A stretch of DNA of 62,930 nucleotides, filler included. It is 11 parts of 11 records of this genome, joined end to end, with 100 filler letters (N's around TTAATTAATTAA, not from the genome) between each part and the next. Parts side by side here need not be neighbours in the genome. Positions count along the whole stretch, not along the records: positions 44,242 to 48,428 come from SRR15195285_427; positions 48,529 to 59,539 come from SRR15195285_429; positions 59,640 to 62,930 come from SRR15195285_444; 8 more parts are not named here. One strand, 5' to 3'. Shown piece after piece: positions 45,681 through 60,200 of this stretch. Within the stretch, counting starts at the first letter, position 1, and each line of letters starts with the position of its first letter. The notes beneath the pieces were generated by a model. It saw nothing but the letters and a program-made list of their open reading frames with translations. It had not been told where the DNA came from and searched no databases. Both the position numbers and the translations under genes were made by a program.

Positions 45681-46392
45681 GGACAGTGTCCTGCGGCACG
45701 AACGCATCCTCGAGGGCGAGGTGATTAGCTGCTGCCAACCGTTGGAACGAAGCAAACCGACAGCGCCGCGAGGGACTGCCGACCCCACGCGGAAAGCATC
45801 CGTATCGCCGTACGCGTACTGTACCCGCCGGCAGTACCGTACGTAATCGATGCGAGGAACTGCGAGCGCAGGTGCATGCACCGTGGTCTTATAGTACATA
45901 CTGGGGGTATCATAAATGTCATATGATTTGTCAATTTTACACCGGTACTTTATAGTCTGGGCACTGTGTCCGCGTAGATGGATCTGAAGGATCGGTCGAG
46001 TCGCGATCGCGTATCTCGCGCGCGCGCGCGCGCGCGCGAGGAGTACAGTGCCGCGCGCGGCGGGTTGCGTGCATCGCTACTAGATCGATCCTAGTATGAC
46101 CCAGCGCAGCAGGGAGCCAGCAGGACCGACGAGCGGTGTAACTACTGGTACTGTAGAGCGTTGAGCGAGAAAGACCGTGTGTCGTCGCTCCGGCGTCCGG
46201 CGCGCCGGCGGCGAAGAAGCGGCCCGGCCCCGTCCGTCGGGCGACCGCGACCCGCGCGTACCCAGTGACGCTCCGGTTGCTGGCGTGGTGTACACTGGCA
46301 GCGAGTGCAACAAACCGAACATATACAGTACCGCGCCGCCCGAGGGGAGAACCGTGTTGGTTTGTCCACACAAGACGCCAGCAACGAACCTG

Positions 46393-47658
46393 ATGCTGCA
46401 ACGGGCTGATGTCTCAGCGCCAGCAAAAACCTGCAGGCTGCACAGTACACTGCCCCAAATCAATCTCGTGCTGGTCTGCCTGGCGATGCTCGTGGTGGTG
46501 GCGAAGGCACCCGCACAGTCGATGCTGCAAGAGGACATGAGGTCTGTCGACAGAGCAGCTATCGGTTTCCTAGGAGGAGCGCGGGATCTGATATACGACA
46601 GTGAGCACAGCATCGTGCTCGTGGTAGGTACTGGGGGAGCCTTCTCCGTGATCGATGTCAGCAAGGCACAGCCAAGGCTGATCAGCACGATCGAACCGAC
46701 TTCCATCAAAGACGCGCACGGACTAGCGTACGATTACCAGCGCAGGCGAGCGTTCGTTGCTTCGGTCGCCACAGCCAGCGTCTTGTGCATTGATATCAGC
46801 AACCCACAGGAACCGAAGATTTTGTCGACACTGCAAAATTCGACGTGGCTCTACTACTCGACTCATCTCAGCTACGATCCCTCGCGTGCGGCGCTCTTTG
46901 TCTGTAGCGCTGGCAACGGCGCAGAGGTACCAGGGAAACTTTCGACCCTGGGCCACAGCATTTCAAGTGTGGCAGTGGCCGGAGATGGATCGATGGAATT
47001 GGTGCAGCGGATGACCTCGTGGGCACCAGACAGCGGTGGAATTCCCGGAAAACACTTCGCCTACCCCGTCTTTTCTACTCTTGATTCCGCTCGGCGACTG
47101 CTTTACGTTAGCAATGATGCACGCTGCTCATTGGAGGTGATCGATGTATCAACACTGGCGCCGAGAAAGATCAGCAACTACACTGACTGCAGCCAGATCG
47201 AGTACAACTCGCAGACAGCATACGATCCGCGAACACAGCGGCTATTTACAGTGGCGCAGCATGCAAATTCGTTCGCTGTGTTTGACGTCTCAAACCCAGG
47301 GCAGCCCAAATTGACCAACCTTCTGCAAGATCGGAACCAAACATCGTGCAAGACAGGTGGCTGCACAAAAGCACAAATATTTGCGGGAGCAACGGGAGTT
47401 GCGTTCGACGCTGATCGTAACCTCGCCTTCGTTGCGTCAGAGTATGCCAAGACCTTTGCTGTTGTGGACCTTGGTGGTGTTCCTGTGAAGGTGGTAGGCG
47501 TGGTGAGGCATGAGCAGCTGAGTGGCGAAGCAATTCAGTACGATAACAAACGGCAACGTGCCTTTGTGGTGTCGCGACAGGCATCGGCGCTGCTCGCGGT
47601 GGATGTGGCGAACATGCTTGAACCCAACGTCATAGGTGTGCTGTCAAGTAAGAAGTAA
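46393..47658 (+). CDS. LVIVD-repeat beta-propeller protein, probably secreted or anchored
   Basis: Intronless; about seven repeats of YD..R..FV.S......V.D.S.P..P. Hydrophobic segment LVLVCLAMLVVVAKA. Start codon uncertain. Confidence 0.7.
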   Translation: MLQRADVSAPAKTCRLHSTLPQINLVLVCLAMLVVVAKAPAQSMLQEDMRSVDRAAIGFLGGARDLIYDSEHSIVLVVGTGGAFSVIDVSKAQPRLISTIEPTSIKDAHGLAYDYQRRRAFVASVATASVLCIDISNPQEPKILSTLQNSTWLYYSTHLSYDPSRAALFVCSAGNGAEVPGKLSTLGHSISSVAVAGDGSMELVQRMTSWAPDSGGIPGKHFAYPVFSTLDSARRLLYVSNDARCSLEVIDVSTLAPRKISNYTDCSQIEYNSQTAYDPRTQRLFTVAQHANSFAVFDVSNPGQPKLTNLLQDRNQTSCKTGGCTKAQIFAGATGVAFDADRNLAFVASEYAKTFAVVDLGGVPVKVVGVVRHEQLSGEAIQYDNKRQRAFVVSRQASALLAVDVANMLEPNVIGVLSSKK

Positions 47659-48167
47659 ACAACTATAGGCGAGTCGCACACGCGATAGACGCTAGCACAG
47701 CATTGAATGGTTCGCTCCAAATGTGAAAGATCTCACCGTATTGTAGCACATGGCACACAGCAGTTTCACGAATATGTGCCTTGCCGCCGGGCATAAGGCC
47801 GCCTCACTAGTATTCCCGGCCGGTGTCACTATTCATAGGACGTCCCGCGCGATTCCAGATTTTGTAACTATATAGAGAGATGCTAGTATAGAGAGCACGC
47901 GCGTGCGCGCGCGCGCACCATCGCATCACGCAGGCGCGGCGTGGCCCCTGGACAGTGATGGTGTACAGCAGATCAAGGCATTCTATAGATACCGGTACCC
48001 GCCTTCGGGTCGAGGCGATGCTGCAAGGACACATATAGAGCTCCAACTAGATGATCTTCAAGAGGCTGTCAGTCTGTCGATACTAGCGAGCTGCAAATGC
48101 GCTCCGTGCGTGCTCTGGCGCGCTGACTCCGACTCCTGCAACGCAGTAGTTGATCTGAGAGGGCAGT

Positions 48168-48428
48168 ATGCGCGTCAGTCGCAGTATGGTTGCACTTTTC
48201 CTAGGGGTGGGGATCACGCTTTGGCTCGGGGCGACTCTTGGAGCGGTCAGCCACCACGAGGCCCACAGCGTACACAGCCATGCTAGTGCCAGCGTGCACA
48301 ACGCTGTCTCCTCGCAGCACTATCACAACCGGCGAAACAACGACAAAAATGTACGGAGCAAACAGATCGACACCGGTGTTTCACCGTCAAAACAAACACC
48401 TCCTCCTCCTCTTCCTCCTCCTCCTCCT
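48168..48428 (+). CDS. N-terminus of a secreted or type II membrane protein, truncated
   Basis: MRVSRSMVALFLGVGITLWLGATLG, then His-rich and poly-Pro sequence running into the gap. Confidence 0.5.
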
Positions 48429-48528
48429 NNNNNNNNNNNNNNNNNNNNNNNNNNNNNNNNNNNNNNNNNNNNTTAATTAATTAANNNNNNNNNNNNNNNN
48501 NNNNNNNNNNNNNNNNNNNNNNNNNNNN
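48429..48528. other. Artificial contig linker
   Basis: N44-TTAATTAATTAA-N44. Confidence 0.98.
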
Positions 48529-48734
48529 ACCTGGGCACTGATGCAGTCTCATCGACGTATTCGAATAGATCGACACCTGCGCGAGCGGCGCCGATGGCGC
48601 CGCGCCGGCCCGGCCGGCGGCACGCGCGCGCGCGCGCGCGGATCGATTCGCCGGGAAATTATGTATCATGCGCGACGCGGGATGTTGAAGGTGTCAGTGG
48701 CGCACCGACCGCGCACCAGCAGCGCGCTCCTATC

Positions 48735-51089
48735 ATGATGCTCCTGACCCCCCTCCTCTGCGCAATAGTTACGGCAGTGGCTGACCCGAGCAGAAAGGGG
48801 ATGTGGGTCTGGGGCAAGCACTCCCCGCTCGCCAACGCCTCAGCTTCGGAGGCATTTTTCGCGTGGTCCGCGAAGGAGGCCAATAGTGACACCGGCCCGG
48901 TAGGCACTATTTTTGTCGAGGACGAAGGTCTCGTGAAGGACGCGGCGCACTCGGCCGCGTTCGAAACACTTCTCGTGACGGCAGCGACGGCAGGCATTCG
49001 TGTGGCCGCGTTGTACGGGTGGAATGCAGGCGAAGGGCCATTTCCCGCAGCGTCAGTTCTCAAATTTGTGGACGGCGTCGTGGCCCTGCCCACTACCAAT
49101 TCCGCCCTTGCCGGCATATCCTTTGACATTGAGCCCCGGGACCATCCGGACCCCACGTCGTTCCAGCAGTACGCTGACTTGTTGCCGAAGGTCCGCGCCA
49201 AGCTGGACGCTGCAAACCAGCACCGGGCACAGCTAGCGCTGCCAAAGCTGACGCTGTCCATCGCTGGATCATGGGGTTACGAGTCTGCAAACGTCAGCTG
49301 CGGTAGCGTTGGCCCCGCTGTCTCCCTGCTGGACTGCGCAGTCACCTACGTAGACACCTATATTTTGATGAACTACCGCAACAACGCCTACGGCTGCTCT
49401 TGCAAACCGCCCATCAATGCCACCGCTCCAGGGCACAATGCTCCTTGGATGGAGTGCCCGAGTGATGGCTGCCCAATCGCAGGCAACCAAACAGGGTGCA
49501 GAGAGCACTATACGGCTGAGAAACTGGCAGGACACCTCGGCGACGGTATGATCGGTAAAGCTGTATCCGCCGCGGCGGCGGTGAAAGCTAGCAGCTACAA
49601 GGCCTCGCGACTGTCGCTTGGTGTCGAGTTGTCGTGCTTTCCACCGTCAGATGCTGCCGACGGAAAATACCAGTACAAGCTTAGCTTTTGTGGCACGTCA
49701 ACAAAGTACCTAGCTGCTCAAATGAAGGAGACTGAACTCGGGCTGAAAGAGGCCAGGCTGTGGGACGGCGTGGTGAGCGAGACGATTCCGTGGTCGATCG
49801 AGGACTATCACGCGCTCGTTGCGCTGCAGCAGCAGAGTCCGGATCCGGCAGCGGTGGCGGTGGTAGTCGGAAGTAATGTGGAATGGGGGGTGGACGTGTT
49901 TGTCCCTGGCATGACAAGCGCACAAGGCGATAAGTATCAGTGTATCCGCATCCCCAGTGTGGTACATGATCAGCACACTGGTAACCTGCTGGCGTTTGCT
50001 GAGTGCCGCCACACTGTCGGTGACGGCTGCCTTCCCAGTGGTGTCAAGAGCGGACCCGGAGGCACTGACCTATGCTCCCGCGTTAGCTCTGATCAAGGCG
50101 CGACATGGGGTCCACTAACCACTCTAGCGAAGAACTCTGGGCAGCCAACAGCAACGTGAGTGCAGTAGTGATCCCTGTGCTACCTGTCTGTCCTACCCAC
50201 GAAGTGCTTTCGGCTTACGCAGCGCATGGTGGCTGCTCTGTGCAGCTACATGCCTACGAAGAAGGCGACACTCCTCGAATTCAACCAAAAGTCAGGCAAG
50301 GGCTGTCTCGCTGGAAAGGGTGGCTCCTGCTGTCCTGTATGGCAGATGCTCTCGTCGGATGGTGGGTTGTCGTGGAGTAATCGGACTTCGGTCGTGCCGA
50401 CGGGTGTGGTCGCCTGGCCGGCTCGAGTTGGGCCCGGCATTGGTATCCAGCTTCGGCCAAACAATCCCCACAAGCCTGGCAGGCTGCTGAACATTGGCTG
50501 GCACTTTGCAAATGGCTCATATGCGTACAGCTTTGACTCCATCTACTTCTCCGACGATGGTGCCAAAAGCTGGCAGCAGCCCAAGCAGACTAGGCAGCTA
50601 AATACACCGTGTGATGAAGCCCAGATGGTGGAGCTTCCTGATGGAAGCGTCCTGGCTATGATGCGGCCCACCATCACGAGCTTCAAAGATTGCCCAACGT
50701 GCAGACAGCTGAGCATCAGCACTGATGGAGGGGACACCTGGGGTTGGGGTGGCGTACAAGGTGCTGTGCATCCAGAGCCACAGTTGAATGGCGCGATCTG
50801 CATGGGATCCATCTTTGGCGATGCCGACGCCACCTACGCATCGTTTCCGAACAGTTCGGACGTGAGCAACGGCGGCAAGGTCGGGCGCAAAAACGGGGTA
50901 ATTCGCGTTTCCAGAGACAATGCAAAGACGTGGAGCGACCTTATCGGGTTTGGGACCGAGACAGAGTTCGCATATAGTTGCTTAACTGATGTGAAGAACC
51001 ATAGCCGACTGGGGATCTTGTATGAGACGGGCGTTGCGAATTGTGTCGGGCCCTCTTGCCGCACTGTCTTTGCCACATTACCACGCTGA
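48735..51089 (+). CDS. Secreted two-domain protein: TIM-barrel glycosidase-like domain + GH33 sialidase
   Basis: Signal peptide; N-domain KGMWVW..GISFDIEP..YILMNYR..LGVE; intron 50156-50245; IRIPS motif, five Asp-boxes (SSDQGATW, SSDGGLSW, SDDGAKSW, STDGGDTW, SRDNAKTW), DEAQMVELPDG..MR, GRKN, AYSCL, LYE. Confidence 0.85.
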
Positions 51090-51606
51090 GCGCAGAACAA
51101 AGTCGCCTACAATGAAGTGAGGGCATGACTGGCCTTTGGTACTAGCTAGCAACTAGTAAGACGCCAAACCCATGGCCCCACGCCAGTTACCTGGTATCAC
51201 AGCCCAACGAGATAGCCTACGAATGAGCATATTGATGGCGACGGCGATAATTTTCCGACAACTTTTGTAGCGCCAAGCATACCGCTCCACAGCTCGCCGC
51301 GCGCCCAACGAGGTCAGACCCATCACAACAAATGCGATTCTCTAGTTGGGCTCACGGGCTGCACAAACTGCCCTCTAGCTAGCTAGGCTCCCGACCGGCG
51401 GAGGCCCTCTACACTGTAGCTAGGCTTCCTACCGGCAATTACGAATTGGGCTTTAGCATAGGGCCGCCGGGCCGCTCGCGATCGCTGTGCATGCGCAACC
51501 ATCTACCGACCATGCATGGGCCTTCGCCTTGGGCCACCAGCAGCAGCACCGCGCCGCGCTGCCTGCGCAGGCGGGTTGCCGCGGGAGCTTCCCGTATAGG
51601 TACTAG

Positions 51607-54342
<2,736 letters not shown>

Positions 54343-54479
54343 TGCTGCCAACACAAGTTCAGTGTTGTGAATTGCGTACTCATGGCATTTCCAATTGTTG
54401 CGACTACTCTTTCTGGTTGTCCGCTTGTCCTTGCCCCATCGTCTCCCCACCGTATCTGCCTGGCACTAGAGCGAGGACG

Positions 54480-56839
54480 CTACCACGTCTCCCCAGCGCC
54501 TCCCATCGCGTCGCCCGTCGGGGTGCCGCGCCGCCTGTGCATACGTGAGAGTTCCGTCGCCTTTCGGGTGGAGCGCAAGTCCGAGCTATCCTCTTTGTAG
54601 AACGACATCGCCATTTTCCTAAACGCGTCGTCTTCCGAGGACGCCTTTCCCCCCTTTTGCTCCGCTCGTCGAATTGCGGCTTCGCGATGGTCCCTCTCGA
54701 ACTGCTGCAGGCCTTTCATCGCGGATGACATTTCTTCCTGTGAGGTCGCACGGTACAGCGCCAGACCGAGCTCACGGTACAGCTCCTTGGACGGTTCGTC
54801 GAGCTCGTTCTTCCAGTCGGACGAGCCATCTAACAACGAGTCTGGTAGCAACGGGTCCTCTGTTGTGCCCTGTCGCCGCTGCGCCGTGCTCCCGTTGCCA
54901 CCTTTTCCCCCGTCCCTTGACCGACCGCGCGAGGAGCGCAATGGGCCCTCCAAGGCGCGTAGAAACATTTCTGAATCATCAAGTGGTGGCTCCTCAAACG
55001 AGCTCCGCTCCGCTCCGTTTCGGCGACCCCCGCCATTGCGTCGGCCACCGCCACTTCCGGTGCTGCGGCGACGTGATAGAGGGTCGGCGTCCCAGTTATC
55101 TTCAGGTTCTGGGTCGTTCTCAGCATCGTTTGCTCCTATTGCCCAGCTCGGTCCGATCTCCGTAGTCGATGCAAAGTCGGCCTCGTTTCTGCCACCCCGG
55201 CCGCCTGCACGCCGCCTCCTGCTTGCGGCTCCAGTGCCATTGCCTCGTGGTGGCTCCAGCTCGAACTCTTGTTCGACGTCACTATTGCGTCTCTCGCGGG
55301 GTTTCAAGGCCTGCTGACCACGCCGCCGGCCTGCGCCAGCCTTCTTCTGCTTCACCTCGTCCGGCGGCGTCGACAGAGGGCTATCCGGATCAGATCCGCA
55401 GTCCAACGCCCCACTTAACGCCTGGTCCACGATTTCGCGCACAGACGCTGGGCAGTCCGGGCAATTGGCACAGCGTGACAGCGCTTTCTGCAGCGTGGTG
55501 TTATGTGCCTTCAGCTCCTTCATCTGACCTCGAAGCTCGCGCACGAGCTCCTCGTGCGGATCGACCTGTACAGCCGGCTTGTTCGTAATATTCCGCGCCC
55601 GTGCGGCGTAACTCAGTGTGTTGAGAGTTTCCTCCAAGTATGAGTCCGCAGGCGAGCAACAAGCGAACATCAAAGCTTTGGAGGCGCCACCCAACGAGTC
55701 CATGAGCAGCTTAGTCAGCTTGGAATCACGGTATGGTACGAAGCTCGGAGCAAGGCTGTTCGCTTTCGACGCATCGCCGAGGGCCGAGATTACCTTGCCG
55801 AGAGTGAACAGCGACTTGTTGATGTTTCCTGTCTCCTTCAACATTTCGTCACCTTTCATGCGTGCCCGAGAGCGAAACGTCGCCTGGAAGTCCTGTGCCC
55901 CGCCCATGGTGGCGTCCGTGCCTTGAGTCTCCTTCAGCCGCTCAGATCCAGCGAGGTCCACGAAGGAAATCTTCCCAAACTTGACGTATGGCTCACCCTC
56001 CGATTCCTCCTCAGACTCGAGGTAGAAAGTCAGCATGGAGTGCGAACGCGAAGAATCCTTGTTAAGGTTATGCGATCCAACAGCACGGTGTCGCATCCCC
56101 TCGGAAAGCATGAAGAGCATGTCCTCGACATTCGTGCATTCGAAGATGTACAGGTCCTCCACGTAGAACCCACGCCAATAGCCTGGCGGGTACTCGCGGA
56201 TTGATAGGCACCCAGACGACGGGTTCCACAGGTCGCGAACGTTCTCGTTGTAAATCTCAAGGAACGATGCACGGACTGTGTATTTCACCTTGTCCTTGCG
56301 TGCGGCAACCTGATCGAAAATGTACCGCACTGAGCGAGGGATCACACCGTCGATCGCAGAGACATTTTGCCGCTCCCAGTCATCCTGGCCGCCGGCCATT
56401 GTGTATGTCTTGCCAGAGCCAGTTTGCCCGTAGGCAAACACTGTTGCAGAAAATCCCTCCAGCGCCTGTGTTTCGGCAACAAATCCGGCGCGCAATTTTA
56501 GCGTCCACAGCCACGTGCTGTGCAGCTTGGGCGTATGGCTTGGGAAGGCTGACGTGGCCGTACCGAGTCCAGCAGCGTCTTGACGCCACTTTGGTCGAAG
56601 CACTCTTCCTGTGTGGTGGACGTAGGCAGGCACCCGTCGAGCGCAAACTTCTTGACCGTCTGGCGCGTGCTTCCTGCATAGTCCTGATCGTCTGGGAGCA
56701 GCACTTGGATGCTCGTCTTGTCCCCTCCGATGCGCATCACCTCCTCCGCACCGGACGCTTGTTCGTCGCCAGACAGCGGCCGGATGCGCACCACGACATG
56801 AACGTTCTCTCCCTTCGCCTCCTTCTTCTTACCACCCAT
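54480..56839 (-). CDS. N-terminal kinesin motor protein (possibly KIF12/kinesin-16-like)
   Basis: NVHVVVRIRP; intron 56466-56563; FAYGQTGSGKTYTM, FLEIYNE, NKDSSRSH, FVDLAGSE, INKSLFTLG, VPYRDSKLTKLL, TLSYA; coiled coil and disordered tail. Confidence 0.93.
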
Positions 56840-57661
56840 CGCTGCCACCCGCGCCTGCCACCTCACCCGCCCCTTAACTCCCACACACACTACCTTCCAG
56901 CCCGCCGCGGCCCGACCGAACCGCACGCACAGCGCAGCACCGCCGCTATTATGATATGAATCGCGGAGCACCGCCACCACCGCACCGCCACCACCGCGCT
57001 CCCTCCGCCACCACAGCGCGCGCACACCCTACCGAGCACTGCAGCGCAGTGCAGAGCAGGGCGGGGCTGCAGGCGGCGGGCAGCGGGCTGCTGTCGCTAG
57101 CAGCGCAGCCCTCCCTGCCCAGCTTGTGGAGCTGTGGCACCGCTCCAAACGATCACCACTCACAATACCCAACCGCCAACGGCTCCAAGACAAGCAAAAA
57201 TACCAGTACCGGTATGATTAATACTACAATAGTAAAATAGTATACATGGATGGTGATGCAACAATAGTACTGTACCCCGATAGCCGGATTCCTACGGGTA
57301 TCCTGTACACTGTAGAATAAAGCGCCGGAGTGTACAGTATTAGAAAACAGTACGGTAAAGGAAACAAGACAGGGGAGAACCGCGGTCCGCGCGAGATAAG
57401 TCACCCCAGGAAAGCGCCGGGACGTTTCGGGAAGGGTGAATTCTCGCGCCTCTTCCGCTCCGTCCTGATGCTCCGCCTCTACATGTACGGTCCCTTGCTC
57501 CGGCGCGGGCCGCGGGAATCGGGAATGAGTCCGGCGGGAACCTGGTCACTTGAGCGGCGCGCCGGATACGGACGCGTGCGCTCCGCGCGCGGGAGTCGCG
57601 TCCGCGGGGCCGCTACCACGCCTGCTAGACGCCGGGTATACCCTGTTGTCAGTCAGCCTGT

Positions 57662-59539
57662 ATGGGCCTCTACTGGACTACCGCGGCGTTGTCCTGCCTG
57701 GTCGCCGGCGCGGATGCGTGGAACGACATCGCGGGGGCGCTCACCTACAAAGGCACAAGCCATGTCTTCCAGGTGCGCTGCTTTCTCTGCAGCTGTCGGT
57801 CGGAGTGCCTGTCCGCTGTCTCTGCCTCTCTGTCTCTCTGTCTCTCGCTTCGCCCACATGCAGCTATTCTCCTCTGGCTACTAAACTGCTTAGTCGCCAG
57901 CTCGCCGTTTGGTCACGATTTTACTGCATGTACGTTCGCAGGGCTGCCCAGGAGGCGGGCAGCCTGGGTCACAGGCGAAAGGATGGCACCACGCCGCATC
58001 CGAGTGAGTGATTCTGGAGAGTGCTCAGACACTGCTTCGTGCGCGTCGCTAAGAACGAATTGTTGCGATGGATTGCAGTGATTTGGTCCATTGGGAGGAT
58101 CGCGGAATTCATGTGGACGCAATCAAAGAAAGCTGGGAAGGCTTCACCTCTGACACGTCGCCGTGCTCTGGATTTGTCACAGTAGATGATGAGGGCGTGC
58201 CGTGCGCAGGCTTTCGCCAGGTGAGTGGGCGCGCGCGCTGGTTGTCAATGCACGAAATGTGTGTTGGCTGACCACTGCTGGTCTTGGTGGCCGGTGACCC
58301 TGGTCAGTGTGGTTCCATCACCGGCCTGACTGGCCTGAACCCGAAGGCAAGCAAGTGGGACGCTCCTCTCGAAATCCGATGCGCTAAGAACACCAATTTG
58401 ACAGAGTGGGGCGAGCCGGAGTACCTGTTTCCGGTTTACTATTATCGTGGGCTACCGTACGATCCTACTCGACCTTGGAAAGACAAGGACGGCAAGTGGT
58501 AAGATTTCAACTGCTCTGCATCCGCGATCCTGATTGATCGCTCAGCTAAGCTCACCATACGCACCCTGCACAGGTACGCTACCATCTCGACAGATGGCTG
58601 CAACTCTACGACTCGAAAAGCTCCATGTAGCGCTGGTGGGCGTCTGGACTTGTGGACCTCGCCCAAACTACATGGAGACGGGATGGACTGGAAGTATGTC
58701 GGCCCTATGGTAACCACGCCGAAGACACCCATCGACTCTTCGGCTGCTCATGAATTTGTAACCAGTGGCTACTTCGGTAGTATCCCTGGGGACCCTCGAG
58801 GTGGCAAGACGCGCGTGGTGACGAACAACGACTGCAACCGTGGCGCCACGAATATGGGCACTCCCATCTATTACATGGGTGTGCAAGAGAACGGAGGAAC
58901 TTTCACTGACCGTGCCGGCAAGCAGGAGTTCGATGGTCCTGGGGAGATCGGTATGCTAGACTGGGGAGCGTACACTCCAAACGGCAAAGCAGGAACGAAG
59001 GGAGTGCAGGCACTAAGTGGAGGCAAAGGTCGTGGCTACTCCATGGCACGCACCCTGGGCTCAGACCCAAACCAAGTAGCGGTCGAGGGGCGCCGCACAG
59101 TCGTTGCGTGGGTGAGCGCAGCGTTCACGTCGCAATCGCTCTTGCAGGACATTACGCTCGGCAGTGACAACCAGCTGCGCCAGACCTTCGTCCCAGAGCT
59201 CCAGATGCTGAGGACTGGTAGCCCGGTGACCGTTGGTACTGGCACGCCGGCTGCATCCACCACGCTCCAGTTTGAACTATTGGCCACTGTTAAGAAGGCG
59301 TCCAGTCCGGCAGGCGTCGACGTGCTCATCTCAGCGGATGGGAAATCGAAGGCGTCTGTGCTTGTAGATTTTGACCAAGAGCTTGTCATGGTGGACGCAA
59401 CCAAAGCTGGAAACAGCGACGTTCGGGCCGGTCCTCTGCTTGGCAACACAGACGCTGTCACGATCCACGCTTACATCGACCATTCCATCATTGCTGTCAT
59501 CTTCAACAACCGCACCTCCTTGACGGTGTCGGTGAAACC
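57662..59539 (+). CDS. Divergent GH32 (beta-fructofuranosidase-like) enzyme, multi-exon, 3' truncated
   Basis: WNDIAGA..HVFQ, GWHHAAS.DLVHW, PCSG, YDP..PWKDKDGKWY, HEF, LDWGAY, RRTVVAW, LRQTFVPEL and C-terminal sandwich AYIDHSII. Confidence 0.75.
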
Positions 59540-59639
59540 NNNNNNNNNNNNNNNNNNNNNNNNNNNNNNNNNNNNNNNNNNNNTTAATTAATTAANNNNN
59601 NNNNNNNNNNNNNNNNNNNNNNNNNNNNNNNNNNNNNNN
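59540..59639. other. Artificial contig linker
   Basis: N44-TTAATTAATTAA-N44. Confidence 0.98.
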
Positions 59640-59894
59640 CCCAAACCTTTGGAGCCTCACTCGACGCATCTCCTCTACAGATGGATCCAGGGGTCTGAGG
59701 CTGGTGGCATATCACCCACCTCATTCGCCCCCTCCACCGACTGTGCCTCATCTCGCAGCTCTAGCTGGGCACGGTTCTCATCTTGCGCTCTCGCCTCCTC
59801 ATATTCGCTGTCCTGCTCTGCGATCAGCTGTCTGGCTTCGACCTGCGATGCTGATAGTGCTGGTGCGCGTACTGCCACTACAGGTCCACAGTGG

Positions 59895-60200
59895 TGCGTG
59901 ACAACGAGCTACAATATCAACAAATTACCTGGACTGAAGGGCTTCGACCTCATCGCACAGTTTGGTACAGTGCTGCGAGAATTCATGAAGGAGCACGGAA
60001 GCATCAAGTTCAGGGTCATCAGCAACTGTCTGTGGTACAAGACGCTGCAGGGTGACAACATCGAAGAGAAGACTCACCACCTGAACACACCTGGTATGAC
60101 CGAAGTCATGAACGCATCAGAGATCAACAAGAAGCTCGTGGACGAAGCGAAGTTTATGGTCGAGGCGGTACCAGAGAAGCAAATGCAAGGCAGTGGCCTA
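59895..60200 (+). mobile_element. Possible fragment of a Polinton/Maverick-type DNA polymerase N-terminal region
   Basis: LREFMKEHGSIKFRVISNCLWYK..EEKTHHLNT..VMNASEINKKL..EKQMQGSG resembles the segment ending in GSGW in Polinton polB proteins. The similarity stops abruptly after GSG. Confidence 0.5.
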
